From the NCBI GenBank assembly GCA_963767005.1, contig CAVYCN010000003.1:320001-384000 (forward strand): a DNA stretch of 64,000 nt. The letters are read 5' to 3'. The notes beneath the pieces were generated by a model. It made no database searches. It was not told the DNA's origin and saw only the letters and a list, made by a program, of their open reading frames with translations. Positions 1-8,991 of the stretch are shown piece after piece. The stretch's first letter is position 1. The number at the start of each line of letters is the position of its first letter. Position numbers and translations under genes: made by a program. This DNA comes from an uncultured Actinomycetes bacterium. GTDB taxonomy: Bacteria > Actinomycetota > Thermoleophilia > UBA2241.

Positions 1-200
1 ATGCCATCGACGGCCCGCACCCAGTGCTTCTCGGTGGCCACCATGGAACGCAGGAAGCTCTGGCGCACCGGGAAGAAGACCTCCAGGCCGCGGATGTCAT
101 AGAGCACGCCGTCGCGCACCGCAGCGCCGCGCAGCTCCTTGCGGCCGATCGCCCCGCCCTCCTTGGCGGCGGCCGAGGGGTTGTCAGTCACTGTCGCCAT
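1..200 (-). CDS. Oligopeptide/dipeptide ABC transporter ATP-binding subunit (OppF-like), 5' part only; runs off the window edge
   Basis: Manual translation from ATG at 200: MATVTDNP...LYDIRGLEVFFPVRQSFLRSMVATEKHWVRAVDG, a typical OppF/DppF N-terminus; starts immediately after the stop of the OppD-like gene. Confidence 0.85.
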   Translation of the reverse strand, partial: MATVTDNPSAAAKEGGAIGRKELRGAAVRDGVLYDIRGLEVFFPVRQSFLRSMVATEKHWVRAVDG

Positions 201-1220
201 CTAGGCCACCTTCCAGCAGCGCGCGTAGTGTCCGGGCGAGACCGCCACCATCTCCTGGTCGCTTTCAGTGCAGGCCGGCTCGGCTAGGGCGCAGCGCGGG
301 TAGAAGCGACAGCCGGGCGGCGGGTCTAGCAGGTTGGGCGGGTCGCCGGCGATCGAGCTCACCATCTCGCGGGTCTCGTGGATGTTGGGGAAGGCCTTGA
401 TGAGCTGCCGTGTGTAGGGGTGCGAGGGGGCCGTGAAGATGTCGGTCGTCGAGCCGGCCTCGACCACCTTGCCGGCGTACATGATGACGCCCTTGTCGCA
501 GGTCTCGGCCATGACCGAAAGATCGTGGCTGATGAGGATGAAGGAGAGCGCCAGCTCGTGGCGTAAGCGCTCGATCAGCTCGAGGATCTGGGCCTGGACC
601 ATGACGTCCAAGGCGGTGGTGGGCTCGTCGCCGATCACCAGCTTGGGGTTGCAGGCCAGGGCCATGGCGATCATCGCGCGCTGGCGCATGCCGCCGCTCA
701 TCTCGTGGGGGAACTCAGTCACGCGCTTGGGGTTGATGCCGACCAGATCGAAGAGCTCGCGGGCGCGGACCATCGCCTTGGCCTCGCTTAGGCCCTCGTG
801 GAGGATGATCGGCTCGGCGATCTGGCGGCCCACCTGCTGCACCGGGTTCAGGGCGTTCATCGCCCCCTGGAAGATGATCGAGACCTCCTTCCAGCGGATC
901 TTGGACATGCCGTACTCGGTGCGCTTGGCCAGGTTGCGACCGTCGAAGAGCACCTCGCCACTGACGATGCGGCCGTTTTCGGGTAAGAGCTTGAGGATCG
1001 CCAGGGCGGCCGTGGTCTTGCCGCAGCCGCTCTCGCCGGCCAGGCCCAGGCTGTGGCCGCTCTCCAACATGAAGCTCACGCCGTCGACGGCTTTGACGTC
1101 GCCCTCGCGCAGCTTGAAGTAGGCCTTCAGGTCGCGCACGTCGAGGATGCCCTCGTGGTCGATGCGGGCCGCGGCCTCCTTGGCGGGGGCGGCCGCGGCA
1201 GCGCCCGTGTGCGGGCTCAT
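201..1220 (-). CDS. Oligopeptide/dipeptide ABC transporter ATP-binding subunit (OppD-like)
   Basis: Walker A GESGCGKT, signature MSGGMRQR, Walker [10 protein letters not shown]-terminal HPYT...GCRFYPRC domain. Confidence 0.95.
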   Translation of the reverse strand: MSPHTGAAAAAPAKEAAARIDHEGILDVRDLKAYFKLREGDVKAVDGVSFMLESGHSLGLAGESGCGKTTAALAILKLLPENGRIVSGEVLFDGRNLAKRTEYGMSKIRWKEVSIIFQGAMNALNPVQQVGRQIAEPIILHEGLSEAKAMVRARELFDLVGINPKRVTEFPHEMSGGMRQRAMIAMALACNPKLVIGDEPTTALDVMVQAQILELIERLRHELALSFILISHDLSVMAETCDKGVIMYAGKVVEAGSTTDIFTAPSHPYTRQLIKAFPNIHETREMVSSIAGDPPNLLDPPPGCRFYPRCALAEPACTESDQEMVAVSPGHYARCWKVA

Positions 1221-2632
1221 ATGACACCTCCCGGATCGCCGCCGACACTGCCGTCACGCACGACCGTCGCACTGTACAGGCCCGTGGGGATGGCGACGAC
1301 CGACTCGGTGTCGTCGCCGGGCCGTCCGCCGCTCTCCTCACGCTTGCGCAGCTTCGGATCGAGGATCTCGTCGAAAGCCGTGCCCATGAAGGTGAAGGCG
1401 AGCACGACCAGCACGATCGCGATGCCCGGCGGCAGCAGGTACCACCAGGCCGGCAGGCCGGCCGCGCCCGAGTCCCAGGCGTAATGCAGCATCGTGCCCC
1501 AGCTGAAGTTGAGCGGGTCGCCGAGGCCGAGGAACGACAGGGTCGTCTCGGACAGGATGGCGATCGCCACCACCAGGATGGTGTTGGCAAAGACGAGCGG
1601 GAAGACGTTCGGCAGGATGTGCTTGCGCATGATGTGCATGTCGCTCGAGCCGATCGCCCGCGAGCGCTCGATGAACTGCAGCTCGCGCACACGCATGGCG
1701 TCGGCGCGCACCACACGGGCGGTGCCGGGCCAGCTCGTGATGCCGATGATCAGCACGAGGATCATGTAGTTCTGACCCCAGGCCGCGACCAGCACCATGG
1801 CAAGCGGCAGCCAGGGGATCACGAGGAAGGCGTCGGTCAGACGCATCAGCACCTCGCTGAACCAGCCGTGGTAGTAGCCGGCGGCCACGCCGATACCGGC
1901 CCCCAGCACGGTCGAGATCGCCGTGGCGAACAGGCCGACCGCGAGCGAGATGCGCGAGCTCCAGATGAACTCGGCGAGCACCGACATGCCCTGCTCGGTG
2001 GTGCCGAACCAGTGGTAGTAGGACAGCGTCGGCGTCGCGAACGGGCTGCCGATCTGCGCCGTCGGGTCGAGCAGCGCGTGGTCGGCGAGGAACGGCGCGA
2101 GCAGCGCCATGAACAAAAAGACGAGCATGATGAACAGGCCGACCATGCCCTGCCAGTTGGCGCGGTACAGGCGCCAGATCTGGCGCGTGTTCCAGACCAT
2201 GAGCTCGGCGCGCTCGGGATTGGCGACGCCCCAGGCGTAGACGCAGGCGGCCAGCAGCACGATGACCACCGTCTGGAAGAGCCAGGCGAAGGTGGTGTCG
2301 CGGCCGTTCAGGGCGAGGCTGCCGTGAAGCACGCCGGCGCCGGCCGCGAACCACAGCAGGCAGTCGGCGCAGGCCGCGAGCAGCAGCAAGGGCAGCAGCC
2401 GCGAGCGCGACTGCCTGAAGAGCTGCGTCGCGCCGAAGACGCCCAGGGCGACGGCGAGAACGAGCGGCACGATCGGCGGGTAGTTGCCCACCGTCGGCGC
2501 CACGAAGCCGCCCAGCAGGTGGACGACGCCGGTGCGCAGCGGCCGGTCCTTGGGATAGGTGATGAGCGACACCAGCAGCCAGACGACCGGCGTCCAGACG
2601 TAGATCCAGGTGCGCAGACGATGGGGGATCAT
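1217..2632 (-). CDS. ABC transporter permease (OppC/DppC-like) with a long extra N-terminal membrane region
   Basis: WFGTT, EAA-like loop FIERSRAIGSS, HILPN, LSFLGLG, SWG motifs; 4-bp overlaps with both neighbours. Confidence 0.92.
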   Translation of the reverse strand: MIPHRLRTWIYVWTPVVWLLVSLITYPKDRPLRTGVVHLLGGFVAPTVGNYPPIVPLVLAVALGVFGATQLFRQSRSRLLPLLLLAACADCLLWFAAGAGVLHGSLALNGRDTTFAWLFQTVVIVLLAACVYAWGVANPERAELMVWNTRQIWRLYRANWQGMVGLFIMLVFLFMALLAPFLADHALLDPTAQIGSPFATPTLSYYHWFGTTEQGMSVLAEFIWSSRISLAVGLFATAISTVLGAGIGVAAGYYHGWFSEVLMRLTDAFLVIPWLPLAMVLVAAWGQNYMILVLIIGITSWPGTARVVRADAMRVRELQFIERSRAIGSSDMHIMRKHILPNVFPLVFANTILVVAIAILSETTLSFLGLGDPLNFSWGTMLHYAWDSGAAGLPAWWYLLPPGIAIVLVVLAFTFMGTAFDEILDPKLRKREESGGRPGDDTESVVAIPTGLYSATVVRDGSVGGDPGGVI

Positions 2633-3600
2633 GCCTTCACCCGCGGGTCGAGGTAGTAGTACATGATGTCGGCGATCAGGTTCGCGACGATCACGGCGAT
2701 GCTGCCCAGCAGGAACACGGCCTGCATGACCGGGTAGTCGCGCTGCATCATGGAGTCCCAGGAGAGCAGGCCGAGGCCGGGCCAGTTGAACACGGCCTCA
2801 GTGAGGATAGCGCCCGACATGACGAAGCCGATGTTCATCATGATGAGGGTGACCGTCGGCAGCATGGCGTTGGGCGCCACGTGCCGCCAGAGCACGTTCG
2901 AGTCGGACAGACCCTTGGCCCGCGCGGTCAGCACGTAGTCCTCTTTCATGACGCCGGTGAGCGAGCTGCGCACGATCAGGTGGTACTCGCCCATGTAGGT
3001 GATGGCGAACGTGAAGGCCGGCAGGAACAGGTGGTGCAGCAGCGCGCCGAACTGGTCGAGCCAGCCCGAGTAGGTCGCGCCGGGGTCGTACATGCGTCCG
3101 ACCGGGAACCAGCGTAACCACGTCGCGAAGATCATGATGAAGATCAGACAGATCCAGAAGGTCGGCGCGGAGTACATGACCATGCCGGCGTTGGTGGTCG
3201 CCACGTCGAACCGGCTGTTTCGTCGCCAGCCGGCAAAGACCCCGGTTATCACCCCGATGATGGTCGCGATGATGGTGCCCGTGCCGACGAGCAGGACGGT
3301 CGGCCAGATGCGCTCGCCGACGACCTGAGCCACCGGGCGCTTCTGCGCGAAGGAGTCGCCGAACTTGAGGCGGACGGTGTCGCCCCAGTAGAGCACGAAC
3401 TGCTCCCAGAGCGGCTTGTTCAGGTGGAAGTTGGCGCGCTGCTTGGCCATCGCGTCCATCGAGAAGCGACCCTTGGGCACCAGCAGGCGGGCCGGGTCGC
3501 CGGGCAGGATACGAAAGAGCACGAAGTTGAACGACGCGATGAGAGCGATGGTGAGCAGGGCGTTCATGATCTTGCGGGCGAAATAGCGCCGCTTATCCAC
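2629..3600 (-). CDS. ABC transporter permease (OppB/DppB-like)
   Basis: LPGDPA, EDYVLTARAKGL, EAVFNWPGLG, RDYPVMQ, YYLDPRV motifs. Confidence 0.95.
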   Translation of the reverse strand: MDKRRYFARKIMNALLTIALIASFNFVLFRILPGDPARLLVPKGRFSMDAMAKQRANFHLNKPLWEQFVLYWGDTVRLKFGDSFAQKRPVAQVVGERIWPTVLLVGTGTIIATIIGVITGVFAGWRRNSRFDVATTNAGMVMYSAPTFWICLIFIMIFATWLRWFPVGRMYDPGATYSGWLDQFGALLHHLFLPAFTFAITYMGEYHLIVRSSLTGVMKEDYVLTARAKGLSDSNVLWRHVAPNAMLPTVTLIMMNIGFVMSGAILTEAVFNWPGLGLLSWDSMMQRDYPVMQAVFLLGSIAVIVANLIADIMYYYLDPRVKA

Positions 3601-3913
3601 GGCCCTGGCGCGCCGCGCCGTTCGGCGAGACGATCTGCGCGCTCATTCCCCTCCCTCCGTTCTTCGGTCGCGACCCGGCCGTGCGGCCGATGGCCCGCAC
3701 GGCAGTCGCCCGTCTTTGCGTTGTGAGGGGAGATGACCCCCAGGCGACATGACGCCGGGGGACCGGCCGCCGATCCCACCTGCGGCCGTCAGACGACCCC
3801 CCTCGTCGAACGAGTCCGTGTTTGGGCATTGTACGCCACATGGCAAGAGGCGACGACCCGGACTCGCTCGACCGACCTGCACCGACTCGATGGGGCCCGA
3901 TGCGCCCGCTCAC

Positions 3914-3959
3914 TCGCGTGGCGGCCGCGGCCGGGCTCGTGACCGCGGCCGCCACGCGA
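3914..3959 (-). terminator. GC-rich stem-loop just downstream of the substrate-binding protein gene
   Basis: tcgcgtggcggccgcgg-N12-ccgcggccgccacgcga inverted repeat; no clear U-tract. Confidence 0.5.
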
Positions 3960-3973
3960 TGCCGCCCCGGGGC

Positions 3974-5812
3974 CTACTCCTCGACCGCGCGCGGCCGCGA
4001 GCGCCGCCGCAAGGCGAAGACGCACGCGACGACGATGGCCACGATGACCGCAGCGCCGACGATCCACGCCGTGGAGGCCGCACCTCGGGTCGCCCTCGCC
4101 GCGACCGGCCGCAGGTTCACGTAACTATCGACGTTGCCGGCGGTATAGAAGGCCGGCCCCCTGCCGTCGCCGACCCGTGTCCAGCCCGTCCATCTGGCCG
4201 TGTCGTAGGCCTCGAAGAAATCCGGGTAGGTCAGCACGATCCACGGCGTCTGCTGGTACATGATCTCCTGCATGCGCCGGATGAGCGCCTGCCTGGCAGT
4301 GGTGTCGAGGGCGGCCGCCTGCTGCGCGCAGAGCCTGTCGTACTGCGGGTCTGACCAGCTCGGTTCGTTCGTGCCGCCGATCTGCGCCGTGGTCTCGGCC
4401 GTCAATGTCTCGCCGGGGTCGAGGTAGCCCAGCCAACTGTTGACGTACAGGTCGAAGTCTGGCGTGTAGGTGCTGCCCCTGAAGTTCCACAGACGGGCGT
4501 TCAGGGCGCCGGGGTCGAGCACGCTGAAGTCGATCCTGATGCCGAGCTTCTGCAGCCAGCCGGTGATCAGCTTGCCCTCGATCTGCGAGGGATCGCTGTC
4601 GGTTGTGGCCCAGAGGCGCAGGACGATCGGCTTGCCCCGCCGGTCGACACGCACGCCCCCGCGCAGCGGGTAGCCCGCGGCGGTGAGGAGCTGGCCCGCC
4701 TTGGCCAGATCGAACGCGTAGAGCTGGCCGACGGACGGCTGCCAGTGGTAGTCGGGATCGACCCAGGTGTGGGGCGGGAGGATGGTCGTGCCGGGCATCG
4801 CATAGCCCTGGAAGGCGATCGCGCAGAGCCGCTGCCGGTCGATCGCGTAGTTGAGTGCGTTGCGGAACCGCCAGTCGCGCAGCACCGGGTTACCGAGCGA
4901 CGCCTTGCCCGCGTAGCAGTTGAAATTCAGGTACTCCCAGTTGTAGTAGGGGTAGGACAGCGCGGTGAGGCCGGGTGTCGAGGACAGGGTCTTGAACTGG
5001 GCGACCGGGATGCCCCAGGCGGCATCGAGAGCGCCGCTCTTCAGGTCGGCCGTCATGGTATCGGCGTCCTCGTAGGTCTCGAAGAAGATCTCGTCGACGG
5101 CCGGCCGCTTGCCCCAGTAGTAGGGGTTGCGGTCCAGGCGCAGGTACGAGCCCTTCACCCACTTGGCCACAGTGAACGGCCCGCTGCCAACAATCGGCAC
5201 GGCGTTGGTGAAGCTCGTGGTGGCCGCCTGCGGACTGACCTTCTTCCAGACGTGCTCCGGCACGATCGGCACGAAGATCTTCTCCATGTCCGCCTTCGGG
5301 CTCGAGCACGTGATGCGCACCGTGGTGGCATCGAGCGCCGTGGCGCCGAGAACGCCCGCCGTCGAGATCGCCATGTTGAGCATCTTGTTCTTGACAATGT
5401 AGTCGTAGGTGAAGGCGACGTCGGACGCGGTCAGCGGCTGGCCATCCGACCACCGGACGTTGGGCCGGATGTGGATGGTCCAGACCTTGCCGTCGGCCGA
5501 CAGCCCTCCGTTGGCCTTGGTCGGGAACTCGCTCGCGAGGTCGAGCGCGGGCCGCGACGTCGTGCCGAATCCGAACAGGAAGTCGTAGTTGATGGACCAG
5601 ATCTCGTAGTCCTGGTTCTGCCACCCGATGAAAGGGTTGAGGTTGTCGGGCTCGGTGGTCCAGCCGATGTGCAAGGCGACGCCGCCCGTGCTCGGCGCGG
5701 GCGAAGGGCTCGCCGCGAGCGCCTCGACCGACCCCACCGTGACCCCGGCGAGGAGCACCGAGACCGCGACGAGAGCGGCTCGCCGCAGACCGCCTGAGAA
5801 TCTCCTGTCCAT
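3974..5812 (-). CDS. Family-5 (peptide/nickel-type) ABC substrate-binding protein with signal peptide and C-terminal transmembrane anchor
   Basis: PDNLNPF, WSDGQPLTASDVAFT, GSGPF, RNPYYWG, FRNALNYAIDR motifs; ends in a hydrophobic helix followed by RRRSR. Confidence 0.92.
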   Translation of the reverse strand: MDRRFSGGLRRAALVAVSVLLAGVTVGSVEALAASPSPAPSTGGVALHIGWTTEPDNLNPFIGWQNQDYEIWSINYDFLFGFGTTSRPALDLASEFPTKANGGLSADGKVWTIHIRPNVRWSDGQPLTASDVAFTYDYIVKNKMLNMAISTAGVLGATALDATTVRITCSSPKADMEKIFVPIVPEHVWKKVSPQAATTSFTNAVPIVGSGPFTVAKWVKGSYLRLDRNPYYWGKRPAVDEIFFETYEDADTMTADLKSGALDAAWGIPVAQFKTLSSTPGLTALSYPYYNWEYLNFNCYAGKASLGNPVLRDWRFRNALNYAIDRQRLCAIAFQGYAMPGTTILPPHTWVDPDYHWQPSVGQLYAFDLAKAGQLLTAAGYPLRGGVRVDRRGKPIVLRLWATTDSDPSQIEGKLITGWLQKLGIRIDFSVLDPGALNARLWNFRGSTYTPDFDLYVNSWLGYLDPGETLTAETTAQIGGTNEPSWSDPQYDRLCAQQAAALDTTARQALIRRMQEIMYQQTPWIVLTYPDFFEAYDTARWTGWTRVGDGRGPAFYTAGNVDSYVNLRPVAARATRGAASTAWIVGAAVIVAIVVACVFALRRRSRPRAVEE

Positions 5813-5822
5813 GATCCCCCCT

Positions 5823-6881
5823 TCAGCTCAGCAGAGCCCTGGCGATAGGCTGCAGGTCGCGATCGGCGGGCATCTCGTCGAGACCGATCAGGGCGAGGAC
5901 GACCGCCTTCTGGAGGTGCTTCCGGTTGGCGGCCATCGGCCAGACGATCGACGCCGCTCCGTCGATGACCTCGTCGGTCACCTCGTCGCCCCTCACCGCC
6001 GGCAGGCAGTGCATGAAGCGCGCGCCCGGCTTGGTCTTGGCCCAGAGTTCGCGATTCACCTGGAAACGGCGGTTCTTGCGTCGCATCTCGGCCACGTGCT
6101 CCGGGGACTCCGCCCACCACCACAGCGAGGTGTAGACGTAGTCGGCGGTCACAACGGCTTCCTCGGGATCGTCGGTGGTGAGCAGGTGCGTGTCCCACAG
6201 GCCGCAGTTGTCGTCGACCGCCCGGCGGACGGCGTCCGGGAACGCGAAGTGTTCCGGCGTCGCCACGTTCACGTTCATGCCGAGGCGGGAGAACGTCAGT
6301 GCCACCGAGTCGCACATGCAGTCGCCGTTGCCGAGGAACGCCATCGTGGCGCCCTCGAGGGGTCCGCCCGCCTCGATGATCGTCATCGCATCGCTCAACG
6401 ACTGGATGGGATGGTCGTAGTCGCCGGCCTCGCCGTTGATCACGGGGATGGTGGCCGCGTCGGCCAGCTCCTGGAGCACGGCGACCGTCTGCGTGCGTGC
6501 CATGAGCGCGTCGAGGAACTGCGACAGGGCCTTGGCCGTGTCGGCCACGCTCTCGCGGCCGGGCAGGTGCATCTCGCCGGGGCGCAGGTAGACGGCGTGC
6601 CCGCCGAGCTCGGTCATCCCGGTCTCGAAGCTCACCCGCGTGCGGGTGGAGGGATCGTCGAACAGCATCCCGAGGTGATGCGCGGGCAGGAACGGAGTAA
6701 GCCGCTTGCGACCGCGGAGCGCCTTGAGCTCGATCGCCAGCTTGATCAGGTCGAGAAGCTCGTCCCGCGTGTAGGCCTGGTCCGTGACGTAGTCACGACC
6801 GCGGAACCGCGCAAGCGGCGGTAGCGGTGCGGCCAGGATCGACTCGAGCGTCGTTGCCGACGCCGCCGCGGCGTGCGCCAT
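5823..6881 (-). CDS. Ornithine/putrescine carbamoyltransferase-family protein (putrescine-transcarbamylase-like, atypical substrate loop)
   Basis: STRTRVSFE carbamoyl-phosphate motif, HPIQ, FMHCLPAVRGDEV; YTSLWWW in place of TDVWxSMG; ATG 6881 follows a GAGGGG SD. Confidence 0.9.
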   Translation of the reverse strand: MAHAAAASATTLESILAAPLPPLARFRGRDYVTDQAYTRDELLDLIKLAIELKALRGRKRLTPFLPAHHLGMLFDDPSTRTRVSFETGMTELGGHAVYLRPGEMHLPGRESVADTAKALSQFLDALMARTQTVAVLQELADAATIPVINGEAGDYDHPIQSLSDAMTIIEAGGPLEGATMAFLGNGDCMCDSVALTFSRLGMNVNVATPEHFAFPDAVRRAVDDNCGLWDTHLLTTDDPEEAVVTADYVYTSLWWWAESPEHVAEMRRKNRRFQVNRELWAKTKPGARFMHCLPAVRGDEVTDEVIDGAASIVWPMAANRKHLQKAVVLALIGLDEMPADRDLQPIARALLS

Positions 6882-6933
6882 GTCGACCACCCCCCTCGGA
6901 AGTTCGGTCCCGGTGCCTCAACGTCGGGCCGAT

Positions 6934-6976
6934 TTGATTGGTCGTACAATAAACCATCGCGCACAGGACATGTCAA
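6934..6976 (-). promoter_or_regulatory. Sigma70-type promoter (TTGACA 6976-6971) overlapping a putative TetR operator (6934-6953)
   Basis: ttgattggtcgtacaataaa is 17/20 identical to the palindrome at 7768-7787; AT-rich patch in GC-rich DNA. Confidence 0.65.
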
Positions 6977-7030
6977 GTGAGTGGTCAAGGGCGGCTCGGA
7001 GAGACGGCGAAGTGAGGTGGCGGGCGGCGG

Positions 7031-7741
7031 CTACTCCGCGCCCAGACGGTCGAGGCGGTCGATCAGCATCCGACGCCACAACCCGAAGGTGCCGTCGTGG
7101 TCGAACCGTGCCCGGTCGGCCGCGAACTGCACGGCGAGCCCTTCGACGACCGCGACGCTCAGGGCCGCGAGACGATCCAGATCGGCGGCCTCCGCGCCCG
7201 CGCTCGCGCCCTCGAGGCAGCGGCGATCGAGCTCCCGGGATGAGCGATACGACTCGGCCAAGCGCGCCCGCATGACGTCGTCGTGCATGATGTGGGGCAG
7301 CAGCTCGTAGAAGGCGCGAAAGCCACGCCAGTCGGCGGAGATCTCGCGCTGGGCGTCGAGCAGGGCGGCGACGCGGGCGCCGGGGTCGGCGATGGCCGCA
7401 AGCTCGCCGCGCAGGCCAACGTCCTCGTCCTCCATGAGCGAGTCGACCACCGCCTGCACGAGGCCGCGCTTGTTGCCGAAGTAGTAGGCGACCAGAGCCC
7501 GGAACTCGCCCGACTCCTCCTCGATCTCCTTCAGGGTGAAGTGCTGATAGCCCTTCTCGGTGAGAATGCGCTTGGCGGCCTCGAGGATGCGCTGCGCCGT
7601 CGGAGACGCCGGCCGGGACCGCTCGGACCCACCCGCCTCTCGCTTGTCTGCCGGCTGCCTGGCCAGTTGTCTCGCTCCCCTTCGTCGCGACCTTCCCATC
7701 TTACCTCGCCGTGGCTCAGGACCCCGCGTGACGATGGCCAC
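7031..7741 (-). CDS. TetR/AcrR family transcriptional regulator (alternative start ATG 7699)
   Basis: TAQRILEAAKRILTEKGY...ALVAYYFGNKRGL helix-turn-helix; divergent from aguA. Confidence 0.9.
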   Translation of the reverse strand: MAIVTRGPEPRRGKMGRSRRRGARQLARQPADKREAGGSERSRPASPTAQRILEAAKRILTEKGYQHFTLKEIEEESGEFRALVAYYFGNKRGLVQAVVDSLMEDEDVGLRGELAAIADPGARVAALLDAQREISADWRGFRAFYELLPHIMHDDVMRARLAESYRSSRELDRRCLEGASAGAEAADLDRLAALSVAVVEGLAVQFAADRARFDHDGTFGLWRRMLIDRLDRLGAE

Positions 7742-7767
7742 CGCCGGCGCCTATCTGGCTCATGGCG

Positions 7768-7787
7768 TTGATTTATCGTACAATCAA
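7768..7787. promoter_or_regulatory. Putative TetR operator in the tetR/aguA divergent promoter
   Basis: TTGATT-N8-AATCAA palindrome, near-repeated at 6934-6953. Confidence 0.65.
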
Positions 7788-7833
7788 ACCCGCTTCCGCG
7801 ATAGTCCGGCACTCGCCCACGAGGGGAGTTTCC

Positions 7834-8910
7834 ATGCAGATCGACGACACGCAGGCCGTCGGCACCGGCGCAGCCGAGGAGCTGCCGGCCGGCGCCGGCT
7901 TTCGCATGCCGGCCGAATGGGCGCCGCACGAGCGCTGCCTGATGGCGTGGCCGTCTTCGGCGCGCGCAAACGTCTGGGGCGATCACTACATGCTCGCCCA
8001 GGCGTCGTATGCCGCGGTGGCGCACGCGATCGCCGCGTTCGAGCCCGTAGTCATGGTCGCACGGCCCGACGACGCGGATGCCGCGCGCAGCTACTGCGGC
8101 CGCGACATCGAGGTGCTCGAGCTGCCCATCGATGACTCCTGGCTGCGCGACAGCGGCCCGATCTTCGTGGTGGGGCCGGGCGGCGAGCGCGCGGTGGCGG
8201 ACTTCCGCTTCAACTCCTGGGGCGAGCGTTACCTGCCGTACGACCTCGACGCCCGGATCGGCGAGCGGCTCAGCGAGCACTTCGGCGTGCGACGGTTCGC
8301 CGCTCCCCTCGTGCTCGAGGGTGGGTCGATCACCGTCGACGGCGAGGGCACCCTCGTTACAACCGAAAGCTGCCTGCTGCATCCGAGCCGCAACCCCCAG
8401 TTGACCAGGGACCAGATCGAGCGACACCTCATGGACTACCTGGGCGTCACGAAGGTCGTCTGGCTGAAGGCCGGCCTCGGCCTCGCCGAGGACCCCGACA
8501 CCGACGGTCACGTCGACGGCGTCGCCTTCTTCGCCGGGCCGGGCCGCATCGTGCTGCACATGGTGCGCGACCCCCAACACCCCGACTACGAGAACTTCCG
8601 CGAGAACCGCCGCCGTCTCGAGACGACCGACGCCCGCGGACGCGAGATCGAGGTCATCGAGATGGACGCGCGTAGCCGGCCCGTCGTGGTGGGCGGCGTC
8701 AACATCGTCGAGACCTACATCAACAGCTACTTCGCAAACGGCGGGCTGGTCGTGCCGACGGCAGGCACGGGCGACGACGAGGCTGCCCTGGAGCTCCTGC
8801 ACACGATGGTCCCGGACCACGAGGTCGTCGGAGTGCCCTGCCCCGTCGTCGCCTACGGCGGGGGCGGCATCCACTGCATCACGCAGCAGATGCCCGCGAC
8901 CGCCTCCTGA
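7834..8910 (+). CDS. aguA: Agmatine deiminase family protein
   Basis: FRMPAEWAPH, DDSWLRDSGP, FNSWG, LEGGSI, DTDGHVD, GGGGIHCITQQ (catalytic Cys); SD GAGGGGAG. Confidence 0.92.
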   Translation: MQIDDTQAVGTGAAEELPAGAGFRMPAEWAPHERCLMAWPSSARANVWGDHYMLAQASYAAVAHAIAAFEPVVMVARPDDADAARSYCGRDIEVLELPIDDSWLRDSGPIFVVGPGGERAVADFRFNSWGERYLPYDLDARIGERLSEHFGVRRFAAPLVLEGGSITVDGEGTLVTTESCLLHPSRNPQLTRDQIERHLMDYLGVTKVVWLKAGLGLAEDPDTDGHVDGVAFFAGPGRIVLHMVRDPQHPDYENFRENRRRLETTDARGREIEVIEMDARSRPVVVGGVNIVETYINSYFANGGLVVPTAGTGDDEAALELLHTMVPDHEVVGVPCPVVAYGGGGIHCITQQMPATAS

Positions 8911-8937
8911 CCCGGGTCTGCAGCGCCAGAAGAAGAC

Positions 8938-8974
8938 GGGCAGGGGAGGGCTGCTGCGCAGCCCTCCCCTGCCC
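8938..8974. terminator. Hairpin between convergent aguA and methyltransferase genes
   Basis: 17-bp perfect stem gggcaggggagggctgc/gcagccctcccctgccc; followed by TCTTCTT on the minus strand. Confidence 0.7.
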
Positions 8975-8991
8975 ATGTCGCGTCCGGTGTC

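Noticed and set aside
5823-6881. Calling either transcarbamylase argF or ptcA
   Set aside because: The SMG and YGLY specificity loops and the conserved Asp are absent, so no symbol was assigned
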